Shown: positions 1 to 15,229 of the stretch, piece by piece
Layout of the letters: each line of letters opens with the position of its first letter
Position numbering within the stretch: position 1 is the first letter of the stretch
DNA from: Chrysomallon squamiferum
Taxonomy: Eukaryota; Animalia; Mollusca
Reading direction: 5' to 3'
Assembly: GCA_012295275.1 (NCBI GenBank)
Contig: CM022678.1
Coordinates: 5,642,001-5,706,000 of the forward strand
DNA: 64,000 bases
Program-made: the position numbers and the translations under genes
The notes under the pieces: generated by a model
Told to the model about the DNA's origin: nothing
What the model saw: only the letters and a program-made list of their open reading frames with translations
Databases searched by the model: none

Positions 1-792
1 TATTATCATAAGGTGTAGAATTAACAAAGATATAGAAGAATATTATACTGAAACACTGGAAATAAATTTAAATATCATAATCTATACAATTAATAAACAT
101 TATGAACTATTATTATTATATATATAATACAGACATATTTGTAAATCAATGTAATTCATAACTGTTACCATAAACTGTACTATTAATTAACACACAAGAA
201 AATATAAGATAATATGCAGTTAAGCTGAAATTATTTTCATAAACAACATTAAGATACACAAATAAGATACACAAATAATACACAACTTTTTGTAAATAAA
301 TTAACAATTCTTCACAAACTAGGCAACTATTATACTTAGGCAAATAAAAACAGCGAAAAATTATATAAATTCATAAATATGTTCATACTTTATAATCCAC
401 AACCGCAGAAAAACAAATTCAGTATTGGGCAATTCTTGCAAATGAATGTTAAACATGAGTTTAATCATTACGGAAATAACGCACGTTACGTTAAAATAAA
501 TTTCAAAAAAAAAAAAAAGAACCACCATCTAAGTAATTCTAAAATTATCTAAAACAACAAACAGTTGAAGTCGAGCGAATGAACTGAGAATGTTTTAATG
601 GTCGTTAAACTGAATGTCTGTGAGTTGTTAACGCTTAAAACAAATAATCTGCAAACAGTATTCTGTGTCTGTGTGTTCAGTAAATTAACGTAACCGTTTT
701 GAAGTTCGGATCATCATTATAATTAACACTGAAAAAACAAACCGTTCAGTTGAGGTTAATTCTTATAAACACAGAGATGAATGTATCTAGAT

Positions 793-916
<124 letters not shown>

Positions 917-1199
917 AAAAAAAATATATTAAAGCTTGCAAATATCCTAATTTCAAGAAAAAAATATATAGTTTGCCTGTTATAAAATTAAAACAGGAAA
1001 GATATTTGTCTTATCATAATTATAATTAAATAAAAATAATAAAATGTATGTTCTGTATTGAAATGAATGCATTAAAGGTATTTGTCCTATTCTTGAAAAA
1101 AAACCTTACAGTTATTTACAATACAATATCCATTTTAAAAAGAATAAAGATATTTAGCATAGAGTGAGTTCAGTTTAATATTAAACAGTAAAAGAAATA

Positions 1200-1830
1200 C
1201 AACAAAATAATGGTGCTGTTTTTAAACTAAAATAATAAAATATATATTATATTTATTTATCCTGTTTTAAAATCTAAAGTATAAAAATACTTATCCTTGT
1301 TCAAAATTTTAAAAACAAAAATTAATTAATCCACATTGAAATTTAAAAAAACAAAAATTAATTAATCCATTTTATAATTTAAGCAATACAAATTAATTAT
1401 TCTTTTTTTGACATTTAAATAATAAAAATATTCTTACCAGTTTGAAATTTAAACAATAGAAATTAATTATCCTGTATTATAATTTAAAGAATAAAAATAA
1501 TTTTTCTTATTTTGTTATTTAAACAATAAAAAATAATATCTATTCTGAAAAATATACAATTAAATATGCTATTCTGAAATTTAAACAATGTAAATATCCT
1601 ATTTTGAAATCTAGAAAAAATCTATATATCACCATTTTAAAAATTTAAACAATAAAAATGATTTATCCAATTTCAAAAAAATGTATATAATCACCATTTT
1701 CATAAATCTAAACAATAAAAATAATTTATCCAATTTAACAAATTTTAAAATTATCAAAAAATAAATAAAAATTAATGACAAATTGAATATTAATTTTACT
1801 ACAATCATCATTAATAATTAAAACAAAATT
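1200..1830. repeat. Degenerate AT-rich minisatellite, unit about 30-36 bp
   Basis: Recurrent TATCC...TGAAATTTAAACAATAAAAAT-like unit repeated many times with substitutions. Confidence 0.8.
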
Positions 1831-2078
1831 AACGCTACGAACCAAATGACGTCATTCAAACACAAAAACTCGCTCTGCTGAAATTAACGCTTCTTTAAAG
1901 GGTGCGAGGGAAAAATCCTTTGAAACGAAACATCCCCGCAACAAAAACGTTATAGAAGCGACACAAACACACACAAACCGTTAAGATCACAAGTCACGGA
2001 TCTGAGCCTTGTAGTGGGCGGTACACTTCAAACGTTCTCGGTCCCCGAATTGACACTGTTTTACGAGTCGCTTACATT

Positions 2079-2600
2079 AAGTAACGTAGGGTATATATAT
2101 ATATATATATATCTCCCGTTCTCACGTCGAGTATCGTGGGTATCTCCCGATCTCACGGATAGTAAGTAAGAAGGAGGAGGGTACGATCCAAGTTGAATAT
2201 TAAATTAATGGAGATACGTCCAGACCACGAGCTAAATAACTAGAGCAGCGACTCAGTCGTAATTATGCTAAAGAATCTTTCTCTCTCTGTACGACATGAA
2301 GTGGGTACGATCCTAATGTACGCTGAAGGATGTAGGTACGACCCGAATGTACATCAAGAACAGCGGGTACGTTCCGTCCATTCAGGAAGTACTGAGGATA
2401 CGTCGATTAAGCAACTGCTTACATCCGAACCATAAAAAAAATAAAAATAATTATAATAAATAAGTATAACCACAGTTACGTTACAACGATAAAACTAACT
2501 AAGTAACGTGGTTACGTCCGCTTTGAACCTGACGTAACGCAAACAGTCCCAAAGGGAACGACGTTACGATCAGAATCAAAGAACGATCCTCCTGAAAGAC
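2079..2600 (+). repeat. Degenerate 31-bp-period array with conserved GGGTACGATCC-like core
   Basis: Cores at 2179, 2210, 2303, 2334, 2365 and 2396 share one 31-bp phase. TATCTCCCG.TCTCACG occurs at 2110 and 2141 (31 apart). Looser copies at 2508, 2561 and 2579. Confidence 0.75.
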
Positions 2601-3295
2601 CTGTCTCCTTTCCAGCCACAGAGATTCCATAATTGTTTTTCGAATTCCTTACTTCGTTGTCCTTCCTTCCTTCCTTCCTTCCTTCCCTTCCTTTCCAGTC
2701 CTTTTATAAGACGACTCTCTCTACGATTCCTCGTAACGATTTCCTAGCAGTTTAGCATCGCGCAGTCAAATTACGTCTGACTAAAAAAAAAATTTACGGC
2801 GAAACTTCGGCCGATTTACGCCAACTCGTCCCCGAGCTTTTATGTTTTCTAGCGAATTGTTTCGAAAAGCCTAGACGCGTTTTCTTTTCACTATCAGACG
2901 CAAAACATTGGAACTTATGGCGATAATACGGAGAAGATATGATAAGCTACTCGCGTTATACGAAATCGCGTACAAGAACGGAAAGAAATCTTGTATCTAT
3001 CGCACACTTCGTGATAAAAGATACCGAGTGTAATTAACTACACTTTGCGATAAATAAATATATTAAAAAAAAAAATAAATAATAAATAATAATAATAATA
3101 ATTTTATATATATATATAAAAAATTAAAAAAAAGACACACGTACTTTTTTTGTGATAACAAGCACCAACAAACACTGCTATTCAAAATCCTTTGTTTTTC
3201 CCTCAAAAAATCAGCTGAATCGAAGACGGATGAGAGAAGCAAAACAAAAAAAAATGTCCTGCTTCTTGTTATCAGAAGATTTCGATATGGTTCGT

Positions 3296-3435
3296 TCAGT
3301 TTTCGTGAGAGGCAAGATTGGAGAAGAAGTTCCTCCAGCTTATAGAGTTGTTGTTATTCGCCAGCGGTGAGTACACAAAACCCGCGATCATTAAGCCTTA
3401 AAATATTTTTGCAATAAGAAGTGGGCGGGGCTATG
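3296..3435 (+). promoter_or_regulatory. Candidate promoter / non-coding first exon
   Basis: Inr-like TCAGTT at 3296, donor-like GCG|GTGAGT at 3367 and GC-box GGGCGGGGC at 3423, within a CpG-rich island. No transcript evidence. Confidence 0.25.
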
Positions 3436-3635
3436 CAGTGGAAAAATAGGGTGTCAGTTTCGCTAATACATTTCACGGCAGTCGAGCTCCGCGCAGGACC
3501 GAGAAGAGAGAAATGAACAACAAGAGTGAAACGAAACAGACGCGTCTGATAAACGTGAAATAAACACGACATTCCGAAAAACACCCGTGACGTCGGGGTG
3601 ATCTAAAAATTTTGTACTTTTTTTTTGAATCAGAA

Positions 3636-3667
<32 letters not shown>

Positions 3668-5372
3668 CTTATTATTTTAATTTTATTATTATTATTATAT
3701 TTTTTTTTTTTTAAATTTTCCATACTGACCACCCCTTATCACAACATTTGGGCTGTTCCATTTCTAGTTTCGTCTTCTGATTCGGCGCTCGGTGTTATCA
3801 GATAAGTTGTGATTCGATATTGGGGAAACGTGATATGAACGCACGCTGGTTTTGACTCGCTTCGAAGATAAAATACTAAGATGAGCCAAAAACAATTTTC
3901 TTTCTCAAAAAAGCTTTAGTCTCAGAACCTTAAAAAAAAATAATAAAAAAATAGAAATAAAAATAAAAGATGAAGAAGAAGAAAAATAATAATGAAAAAA
4001 AAAGAAAAGAATTCTCTCCGAGAAAAAAACAACAAAGAATAAACAAAAGGAAAAAAATATGTGTGCGTGTATGTGTTTGTGTGTCTGTGTTTAAAAAGTA
4101 AACAACTATGATAAAGAAAGAAAACAATAATTAAAAAAAAAAAATGACGAAAAATAGACATGAAATTTTGTGTGCAAGCGAAAGAAAATAAAGAAAATTA
4201 TTTCCAAAAGAAAGAACAGATGGAAAAATAATTACCTTTTAAAATAATTAAAGAAGCAACTATAGATAGAAAGAGGAAGAAAGGAAGGAAGAAAACATTT
4301 TAAAAAAAATAAAAGCAAGAAAGAAAGAAAGAAGAAGATATTGAAGAATCCCCCAAAAAAAAAAAAAAAAAAATTCAAAAAAAAAAAAAAAAAATCCAAA
4401 ATACGAAAATCAAGACGACATCTGAAACACGACTCCGACGTCTGTGACGTCTGTGACAACGTAGGGGGTGCGTCGCTGAGGCTAATTTCCTCGCTTATAA
4501 ATATTATGAAGACTTCGACTACAACAACGCTGAGGATCGCTCGTTTGTTTTCGCATCGCCGTCTCTTTCTGCATGGTGCCGACTTCAACGCTATCGGGAT
4601 TAAAGACCCGCTTCGCGAAATGTCTATTTCTTCTTACCTACAATATTTATATGTTTACTCAATGTTTTAGCAGCTCACGTGGCGAAGAATAACAAACTGG
4701 AAAGTGAGAAATTCAAACAAAACGGCTTTACAAGTGTTATATATATATACAAGAAAAGAACTCGTTTTTTTTACGTTTTAAAAAAAAAAAATTATGTTAT
4801 ATGTTATAAGGCGAACGTTTCGCTATTATTGTTGTTGTTGTTGTTGTTTTGTTCTTCTTTTTTTATTATTGTTATTGTTATTGTTACTACTACTACTACT
4901 ACTACTATTATTATTATTATTATTATTATTATTAGAATTATTATTATTATTTTATTGTGTTGATGCTATTATTATTATTGTCATTAATGGTGGTGCTCTG
5001 GTGTTTGTTGTTGTTAATGATGATGTTGTTGTTACTGACGTTGTTGTTATTAATGCTGCTGATGACGCCGTTATTCAGTGATAATGATTATTATTACTAC
5101 GTTTTGTATTTGTTAAACTGCATGTCGTTGTTATTATTGCTGTCACTGCTATTATTATTATGACGATGATGATGATTACAACTGCCACAACTACTACCTA
5201 TTGTGTGTAGTAGTACTAACAACGAATCACTGAATGAAACAAAGAAAATAAAAACCTAAACATTTCGGGCATCTTGATATCTTCTTTATCACGCAGTTTT
5301 TCATAAAGTATTCTTATTTAAGTTTCATATGTAAATATTTATTTATTTGTTTATTTGTTTGATTGTTTGTAT

Positions 5373-5407
<35 letters not shown>

Positions 5408-5869
5408 TATGAAAAGAAATAAATTCAAGAAAATATAATACCAACGACTATATATATATATATATATAAAACATCAGTAATAATAATAATGAATGAATAA
5501 ATGAATTAATATATTAATTACTATAGCAAAAAGTAAATAAATGAAAATTCATGATAGAGAAATTCTTATACTAAATATCTCCCAGTGAGACTAAGAAATA
5601 TATAAATAAATTAATTAATTTAAACAAAAAAAAATAAACAATTTCTCTTCAAAGTTAAACGTACGTCATTAATAACAATTTCATCAAATCCTAGAACGCG
5701 TTACAGATAATTAAAGAAATGATGGTTAACAACGACAACGACAAATATTTTACATTTTTCTTTTTTCTTTTTCGTTACAACTACATCAACAAACAACATT
5801 TTTCTCCGCCTTTGTAAATCTCACGCTTTTTTTTTTTTTTTTTTTTTTTTTTCGACTTTATTAATCATT

Positions 5870-6110
5870 CCGCTATCGGAAAACAATGACAGTTACAACT
5901 TTATATTTCCCATTTGCCACCCACCGGAAACAATGGCTTGTCCGCGGAGAGAAATGTGTCCATCTCGACTTAATTTAAGAGAAACACTTGTGGACTGGAA
6001 ACACCAGACATGTCTAAAAGTTGAACTCGGACAATGGTTTCGGACCAGTGCCACGAGAAGTTTTATGTTTGGCTCGGACGCGGAATCGTTTCATTGTTTA
6101 TGACGTGCGT
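5870..6110. promoter_or_regulatory. Candidate enhancer with clustered Sox (ACAATG) sites
   Basis: AACAATG at 5882 and 5929, ACAATG at 6031, CATTGTT at 6092. AGACATGTCT palindrome at 6006. Confidence 0.45.
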
Positions 6111-6452
6111 CTGTCTGTCTGGGTGTTGGCGAGTTTAATTTCAATTAGTTTTAAATGTCACAAACGAAAGTAAATTAAGCAAGGCTTTCGAGGGGGGGGG
6201 GTTGGCCCACGACAGGCGTGCTAGAAATGTGATGCGTATGAATGTCGTAGGAAATGTAAACAAAAAAAATGAAGTCTCTCTTTCTCTCTGTTTGCAGCTA
6301 TTTTCGTAGTTAATTTCATACATTCCACATTTCTTGAGTTTGAATTTGAAATTCATAAAATGTAGTCAGCAGAATAAATCAGTTAAATATCTGAATACAT
6401 GAAAGGCGTGCTTGAACGTAGATTAACGAAACCGTAAGGGACGAATTAAAAT

Positions 6453-6483
<31 letters not shown>

Positions 6484-6795
6484 TATTTTAGTTTAATTTT
6501 TAATCTCAAATTCAAACGTTAGTTGCCAGGACTGACACACCTTAATTTTGTTAAGCTTAAATTTTAATTCATAAAACGTAAATGTCAAAGACATAATTAT
6601 ATACGAATTGTTTATCTGTTTCTATTTATTTCAGAATGATACACGTTATTAATGTTAGCTTCCATAAGCGACTTTTAATGATAAATGGAGAAAGAAAAAA
6701 CTAGTTAGAAACAGATGAATACAAACACTGGCACATAAAACACACACACACACACACACACACATACAGACAGACATATAATATATAAATTGTTT

Positions 6796-6913
<118 letters not shown>

Positions 6914-7469
6914 ATAATATATGAAGTACATATGTATGTAATAAATACAATAACATCTACAGATACAAATATTAACAGAACATCAATTAACGATAAATAA
7001 GAGATAACATGATAATTTTATCAAACATGACTTTTCCCTACTTTTTTGTTCGCAAGTTTTTTTTATTTTTTTTTTTTCGATTATTGTTTTTTCTATTTCT
7101 ATTTATTTTATTTATTTATTTATTTATTTATTTTATTTATTTTAATTTTATTATTACTGTTATTATTTTGTATAATTTCTTTAAAGAAAACGATAATTTC
7201 TTGTTATAAATTTATAGTGAATCAATTTTATGAGAAAAATTACAATAGGATGATGATGATGATGATGATGATAATATAATCATCAAGACGACGATGATGA
7301 TGATGACGGCTACCATGACGGCTAAATATTTATTCATTTAAATATTTCGTTTAATTTTAGATTACATTATTATTTTCCAAAAGTATTTTATTTTGTTATC
7401 TGTTCCTTTTATAATATTTCATTTTATTATATTTTACTTCTCCAAACACAAAAGTATTACATTTCGTCC

Positions 7470-7472
7470 ATT

Positions 7473-7507
<35 letters not shown>

Positions 7508-7756
7508 TGTATATATATATTTATTTATTTATTTATTTATTGTTTATTTATTTATTTATTTATTTAATGATTTATTTATTTATTTATTTAATGATTTATT
7601 TATTCATTTATTTATGTACATATTTAATTATTGATTTATTTACTTATTTATTTATTTATTTATCTACTTATTTATTTATTTATTTATTTATATATTTATT
7701 TACTTATTTATTTATTTATTTATTTACTTATTTATTTATTTATATATTTATTTATT

Positions 7757-7799
<43 letters not shown>

Positions 7800-7850
7800 T
7801 GTACATATTTAATTAATTATTTATTTACTTACTAACTTACTTATTTTATA
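7470..7850. repeat. Imperfect (TTTA)n microsatellite
   Basis: Directly visible; source of the FIYL-type ORFs. Confidence 0.95.
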
Positions 7851-8655
7851 TACAATTTTATTTCTCATTTACCATTTTACCTCTACTCTCCTTTTGTCTC
7901 TCTCATCGTTTTTCAAAAACTTCTTCTTACGATTATGAAACCCACATGAAACAAAAAAACCAGCGAGAAATCCCTGGCTCAACATCCGAACAGCAAACAG
8001 GCAGGCACGCAACAAAGCCACAATCTCTGTGAAAATTTTTATTATCATGAAAAGCACACAGATTTAGATTGTAGCAGCGGCATATTGAAAGGTCGCGAGA
8101 TAAACGGACTAATTCCTTCGACCAGTAAATAACAGAGGTATTACACGCCGAACGGAACCTAATGCAGGTAAGTGGCCGCGTTGCAGGTGAGAATTATGAC
8201 GTAGGGTGGCGCGGTCAAAACGACGTCCAGAAGCGCGTCTTTTAAATGTTAAAAGTTGTCACGTGTTAAAGGTGGCCGGTCGGTCGCGTGCGTTTTGGCG
8301 CCAATTGTTTTTTTTTCTGTGTGGAAAAATCTGCGAATCTGTTTAATGGGTCGCTTTGTTTTTTTTTTTTTTTTTTTCTTTCTTTCTTTTTCTGTTTTTT
8401 AATGAATGAAACACACAGAGAAAAAGTTCAGGGATATATATATATATATATATACAAATAATGGCTAATTTAAAAAAATGTGACGAAGAGAGCAATAAAT
8501 AAAGAAACCGAATAGAAAGAAAAAAATGAAACAGAGAAATAAAAATGGATGGATAAATGAATGGATGGATGTATATAGAAAGAAACAAAGACAGTAAGAT
8601 AATATTGGTCGAATAGATGGATGAACGGAAAGACGGACAGAGAGACAGACAGTTG

Positions 8656-8958
<303 letters not shown>

Positions 8959-9989
8959 CTGGCAGAGTTGGGCAATATTGAAATAAGTTATGAAACGGTA
9001 ACGTTATAAACATAAAAACCACTGCGATTCACAGATTACTAATTAACGCAACGCAAAAAAAAAAAATCAAAAATCTAATCTGCCATTCAGCAAACAGCTA
9101 AATTAACAGTTTACGTTATAATTACTTTGAAAACTTCGCGCACGAGGCTCGAAATTTGGAGTATGTGAAAATGGCATAATTGAAATTTGTGCTAACAACC
9201 CCTGGAAGAAACAGACCCTCTGAAAGAATGCCAGAAATTTCGGATCTGGCAAACTGGTCTTCCCAGTGCCCGCAATGATTTTGGGGGCGCTTCAGTCGCA
9301 ACGAGGCGGAACGCACGAGGATCTGGCGCGCGCAATGTGTGTGGCAGTTCTCTCTATCGTCTGCTCCATTGAATTTGGATTTTATAAACTTTTTTTTTCT
9401 TCTTTCTTTTTTGTATGTTTCTTTCTTTCTAGGTTTTTTTTTTTTTTTTTTTTATTTTTTATTTTTTTTTTTTTTTTTTTTATTTTTATTTTTTTGTCTT
9501 GAATGAATGAATAAAAAAAAAAAAAAAGTCCTATTGTCGGAGCGGTATCAGTTAAAAGTGCTGTTTCATTTTGTTAATCTGGTTTATCGTTTTTCTTTGA
9601 TATGTGTATCGAAATCGTAGAGGTTTTTTTTTTTTTTTCATTTCTTTTCTTTCTCTCCTTGTTTATTTATTTATTCATTCATTCATCCATTTGTTCATTG
9701 ATATATTTATTTATTTATTTATATATTTATTTATTTATTTATTTATTTATTTGTTTCTTTGTTTGTTTTACATTTTTGTTTGTTTGTTTATTATTTATTT
9801 ATTCATTCATTCATTCATTCATTTATTCATATATATTTATTTATTATTATTTTTTTTAATTTATGATTACTATCATTACTAATAGTAATAGTAGCAGCAA
9901 CTGAAGTATTAATTTAATGAATTCAATAATTTAAGTAACATTTTGCTTGATATTACTTAATTTCAGTTTAATTTGTTTTACATTACTTA

Positions 9990-10570
9990 CAATTAATTTA
10001 TGATACGTTACATGACATTATTTTATTTTATATGTTTTCTCTTCTTTTTTAACGTTGCGTTGCATTATTTTGTTTTTCATTTTACGCAGCATTACATTGT
10101 TATTTTTATTTTTTATTTTACGTTACATTAAGTTATTTTATTACAGATTATATAACATTATTTTATTTTATGTTAAATTACGTTTTTCCTTGCATTACGT
10201 TCTTTTATTTTCAGTCACATCAAATAAATTTATTTTGCGCTACTTTACGTTATTTTATTTTATGTTGCATTACGTTATTTTATTTTAAGTTAAGTTTATT
10301 TCATTTTGCGATGGATTACGATGTTTTATTGTACATTACTTTACGTTATATATTTTATGTTCCATTACGTTATTTTACTTTACGTTACTTTACGTTATAT
10401 ATTTTATGTTGCATTACGTTATTTTATTTTACTTTACGTTACATTTCGTTATTTTTATTTTACGTTATGTCAAATTATTTTATTTTACGTTACATTTCGT
10501 TATTTTATTTTACGCTACATTATCTTATTTTATTTTACGTTACATTTTGCTGCCTTATTATATATCACAT
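9990..10570. repeat. Cryptic pentanucleotide satellite (TTATT/TTACG/TTACA/TTATG/TTGCA/TTTCG variants)
   Basis: Sequence parses into 5-bp words, e.g. ttacg ttatt ttatt ttatg ttgca ttacg ttatt. Confidence 0.85.
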
Positions 10571-11189
10571 CACAATTTTCTTTTTAAAAAAAATTAAATA
10601 CGAACAGTACAATCAGCCAAAATTAAAACAAAAAAACGGCCAAACAAAAACATTTTAAAAAAAAACCAGCAAAAACAAACAGCAGAACGATAACAAAAAC
10701 AAACAAAAAAATCCCAAACTGAATGAAAACGAGAAAAACAAAAACTAGAGTTTAAAAAAAAAAAAAAAAAAACTGTTATAAAATTTAACACACAGTGCAT
10801 GTGAGATATGTAAGATTTTTCTATATCAGCGGTTTTAAAGAGCCGTGTCAAATAATTACATTAGTAATCAGAAAACACGATACTCTACTCACTTTTTTAT
10901 CTCCTGTGATTACAAAAACATGCACCGGTGTTCCGTCTTACAAAAGTATATAAAAATGTAATTTTCGTATGCGAGTAATAATTTTTTTCACATTATGTAA
11001 TACGAATGTATGTATGTATGTATGTATGTATTTGTGAGTGGCGGTTTGATATGCATGTGTATGTATGCATGGATGAAGGTGTATGTGTTTATATATGCAT
11101 ACATAGATATGTGTGTGCGTGTGTGTGTGTGTGTGTGTATGTATATATATATAGCGTATAGGCTTTGGACAGAGAAAAATCATAATAAC

Positions 11190-11244
<55 letters not shown>

Positions 11245-12822
11245 TATATTATTATTATTAAACAAAATGATAACAGTAAATATATATAGATAGATATATA
11301 GATAGATAGATAGATAGATAGATAAATAAATAAATTAATAAGTAAATAAATAAATAAATAAAAGTAATACGTTTCAAAATACCATCAAGTCGTATATTTA
11401 AAATTCTTAGCTATTGATAACAAAGATAAATCTATAATGAAATAAGCCTGTTTAATCTCTAAGACGAAAATTTATTCATATATTGCGTTTCATTTTATTA
11501 TTAAGATAAGCAATATGCGACGGCTGCATAAAAATCACATAAATTTTTATCAAATGATATATTCCTTCACTATATTAAAGTTAGCATAAGAAATACTATA
11601 TTTTAATATTATGTTAAAATAACAGAATACTGTATCAGTATGTTAAAAATAACTAAATATTATACATCATGAAACTTCATTTAATTATATTTATTTTTTT
11701 TTTTCTTTTAGAATAATGATATATTAATATTAAAATTGAAATAACCAGTAATAAGTTTTATACGAAATGCACAGTCCATTTTTCATTAATTTTAAATTAA
11801 TAATATAAATAACGCGTTCTTTATACCAAAAAATATAAAATAATTATCATCGTAGTTAACGGCGGTTCGTTTCAGGATTACAAAAAGAAAACTTTAAAAA
11901 ACCAACCTGCAGTTTAGTATCGCTTCTTGGTGAAAAAAAGGCGGGAAAAGCAACGGATAGTACTATAGTGCAGCCTGACAACGGCGGGTGGGTTTCCAGT
12001 TGAACCTGCTACGGAAGATGAGGTAACCGTTCTTATCAGGCGTCAGAAAGCCAGTGGATGTATTACGTAATATCTTGATAAAATTTTTGCACAAATTGAT
12101 ACTGCTTACATGGTTCTAAGGCACCAAGGTTCGCTATCTCGAGCACAATTATTCTCTAAAAGCCCGTTTGTTGGGCTGAAATAAGAGTTAGGACGAGGGA
12201 CGACATTAAGGGGATTTGGTTACGAGGAGTTTGCAATTACGTCACGTCGTTGTGTTTGGTTGCTAAGTTGTAATATTACGTCATAGAAGTTCATTGTTGG
12301 TATGGAAACTGGAGAATGTAATAATTTATAGTACTTTGTTTGAAAACTGCGTAACAGGTTTTTAATGAGCGGATTGTAATTTTTGAATTTATGAAATATT
12401 TGTTTTAATGACGATGGTGGTAATCGTGAAGATGATGATGAAGATGATGATGATGATTGTGATGACAGTGATTATACTGAAAGTATTTTAATTCTAATCA
12501 GACTCATAATCGAGACAGAACTGATTATGATTATCAATTAGGAAGAAGATAAATAATTAATATCTATACATGAATTTTTTTTTTAAACTGTGAAGAACCC
12601 ACTTACTATAATGAGATTACAAATCGCTAGAATGAATTTTTAAATAGAGGCATACATAACTTGCTTATTCTACTTTCATTTCAAATATTTAATATATCTT
12701 AAGTGACCTTTCTATACGAAATATCAGTGTGACGGAAAGACAAAACGTGTTAGTGTGCAAACGTATGACTATATGCACCCATCTGAATAGAAGAAAGAGT
12801 GAATAGTTAAACAAAGAGAAAT

Positions 12823-13083
<261 letters not shown>

Positions 13084-13251
13084 AAACAATTGATCAAAAA
13101 GTTCACGAAGAAATTTTTTTTTTCTTTTTTTTTTTTTACCCATTTCCGGAGTAAAGCGTTACCATAAAAAGGTTTAAAACAAACAAAAAAAGAGAGAAAA
13201 AACGAAGAAGCCCACGACGAATACTCGAATCATTTCGAGACAGTTTCTCAC

Positions 13252-13471
13252 CTGCGTTTGCTTGTTTGTCAGAGTCTCTCTCTCAGATACATTATCTTCA
13301 AGTGGCCGGTTGATTTTATCCGGGTCGCAGTTGTACAGATAGTCGTATTTGTTCAACGATAATGAATGATCTTTGGTCAGGACGTACAATTGTTTGTCAG
13401 GACTACTGGCGGGGTCTGTCAGCTGATAAGGCGCTGACCTCCAACAGCGGAGTCTTTCACCGTCATCTACG
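13252..13471 (-). CDS. Candidate internal coding exon, unknown protein (..VDDGERLRCWRSAPYQLTDPASSPDKQLYVLTKDHSLSLNKYDYLYNCDPDKINRPLEDNVSERETLTNKQTQ)
   Basis: Stop-free non-repetitive minus-strand frame from 13488 to a CAG|GTGAGA donor at 13252/13251; weak acceptor TTTCGTCAG at 13480-13472. No family recognised. Confidence 0.22.
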
Positions 13472-14564
13472 CTGACGAAATTGACGTGTCATTGTTTGTG
13501 AAGACTCGAACGTACTCGGGATCGAATCTTCAGTACCGATGAGTTTTCGTTTATATTATGTTAATTTGTATACGAAATAATTCTCATCAAAAAAGCTAGT
13601 TCTATGTTTGACCGAAAAATCACAGTCAAAATATTTGTGATGTTATATTTTTGTTTCGGCGCCGTAATCATTACTATCATAAAATCATGACCTCGTCATC
13701 ATCGTCACCAACATCAGCGTTATGAAGTCATCGTCATCATCATCATTAATATTTTTGCAATATTGCTACTAGTATCTTATTCCTACTGCTACTGCTATTT
13801 CTGTCCTAACCATAATTCAACTTGATTCAAATTACGAAACATTATTATTAATTCTATGCTTAATAATTGTTTACTACTACTACATCATCATCTTTACATC
13901 ACCATCATGACTATGTTAGCATCATCATTCTCGTCAACAGTCTTCATTACAGCTTCCTGTATCGAAATTCTTTCGTGATAATAATTTGGGAAGCTAAAAT
14001 AATTTTGGCCAGTGATTAGATAATTTCATTATACGATTCACAAACATGTGTACGTATTTGCTAATTATCATAATTTATGTTCGCAGACATGCTAATTCAT
14101 TATGTTTTATTTTTAAAATAGGTTGATTCGTAATAATAATTTATGTTTCGAATGGAGTTTTGTTATTACTTTTTCTTTTAATATATATTTTTTTCTCTTT
14201 TATTTTTTATTTATTTAGTTAGTTACTTACTGACTTACTTACATACCCACTAATGTAATATAGTTCCTACAGCTTCTCTATTTATAATTTATATTCGCAG
14301 ATAAATTCACTTTGAATCAGATTATCATGATTTTCATACCCATATACATTTCATTACATATATTAAATTATAATGTGTGCATGTAAATATATATATATAT
14401 ATATATATGTATATGTATATTTATAATGGCATAATAAAATACAAAAAACTACACATACGATAAGCTTAAGATGATGATATTTATAATTATCATGGTTACT
14501 GTTAGGGTTTTAGCAAATTAAAGTCCACAGTATGCATGCATTATAAAGGTACATTCCGATACTG

Positions 14565-14599
<35 letters not shown>

Positions 14600-14729
14600 T
14601 TTTATTTTATTTTAATTTTATTTATTTTATTTTATTTATTTATTATTTACGTTTTTATTATGCCCAGTATCATTCAGTTATTTTTTAATTTTGTTTTGAA
14701 AACATTATAGAAAGGGGTGGGTTTGTCTT

Positions 14730-14852
14730 ATTTTGCAGAAAATATGAATTTATTAATATATTTATTTATTTTTATTAAACCATTTATTTTATTTGTTTAT
14801 TTTGCCCACGTTTTGCACCAAACCAGAAAGTTTTAAAATTTATCTTGTTAGT

Positions 14853-14903
<51 letters not shown>

Positions 14904-15194
14904 TGTATTTATTTTTATTTTTATTTATTTTGCTGTCGTTTAGGACAAAATATGAATTTATTTAAATTTATTTCATTTTATTTTATTTTATTTTATTTAT
15001 TTATTTATTATTTAATTTGCTGTCGTTTAGCACAAAATATGAATTTCTTTAAATTTATTTCATTTTATTTTTTATTTGTATTTATAGTTATTAAATTTAT
15101 TTATTTATTTATTTATTTATTTAGCAAAACATATGAATTTCTTTAAATTTTTTTTTTTTTTTTTTTATTTATATTTATATTTATACTTATAAAT

Positions 15195-15229
<35 letters not shown>

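Noticed and set aside
8165-8192. Consensus plus-strand donors CAG|GTAAGT (also 47168, and AAG|GTAAGT at 50800)
   Set aside because: No convincing upstream acceptor or ORF, and a few such 8-9-mers are expected by chance.
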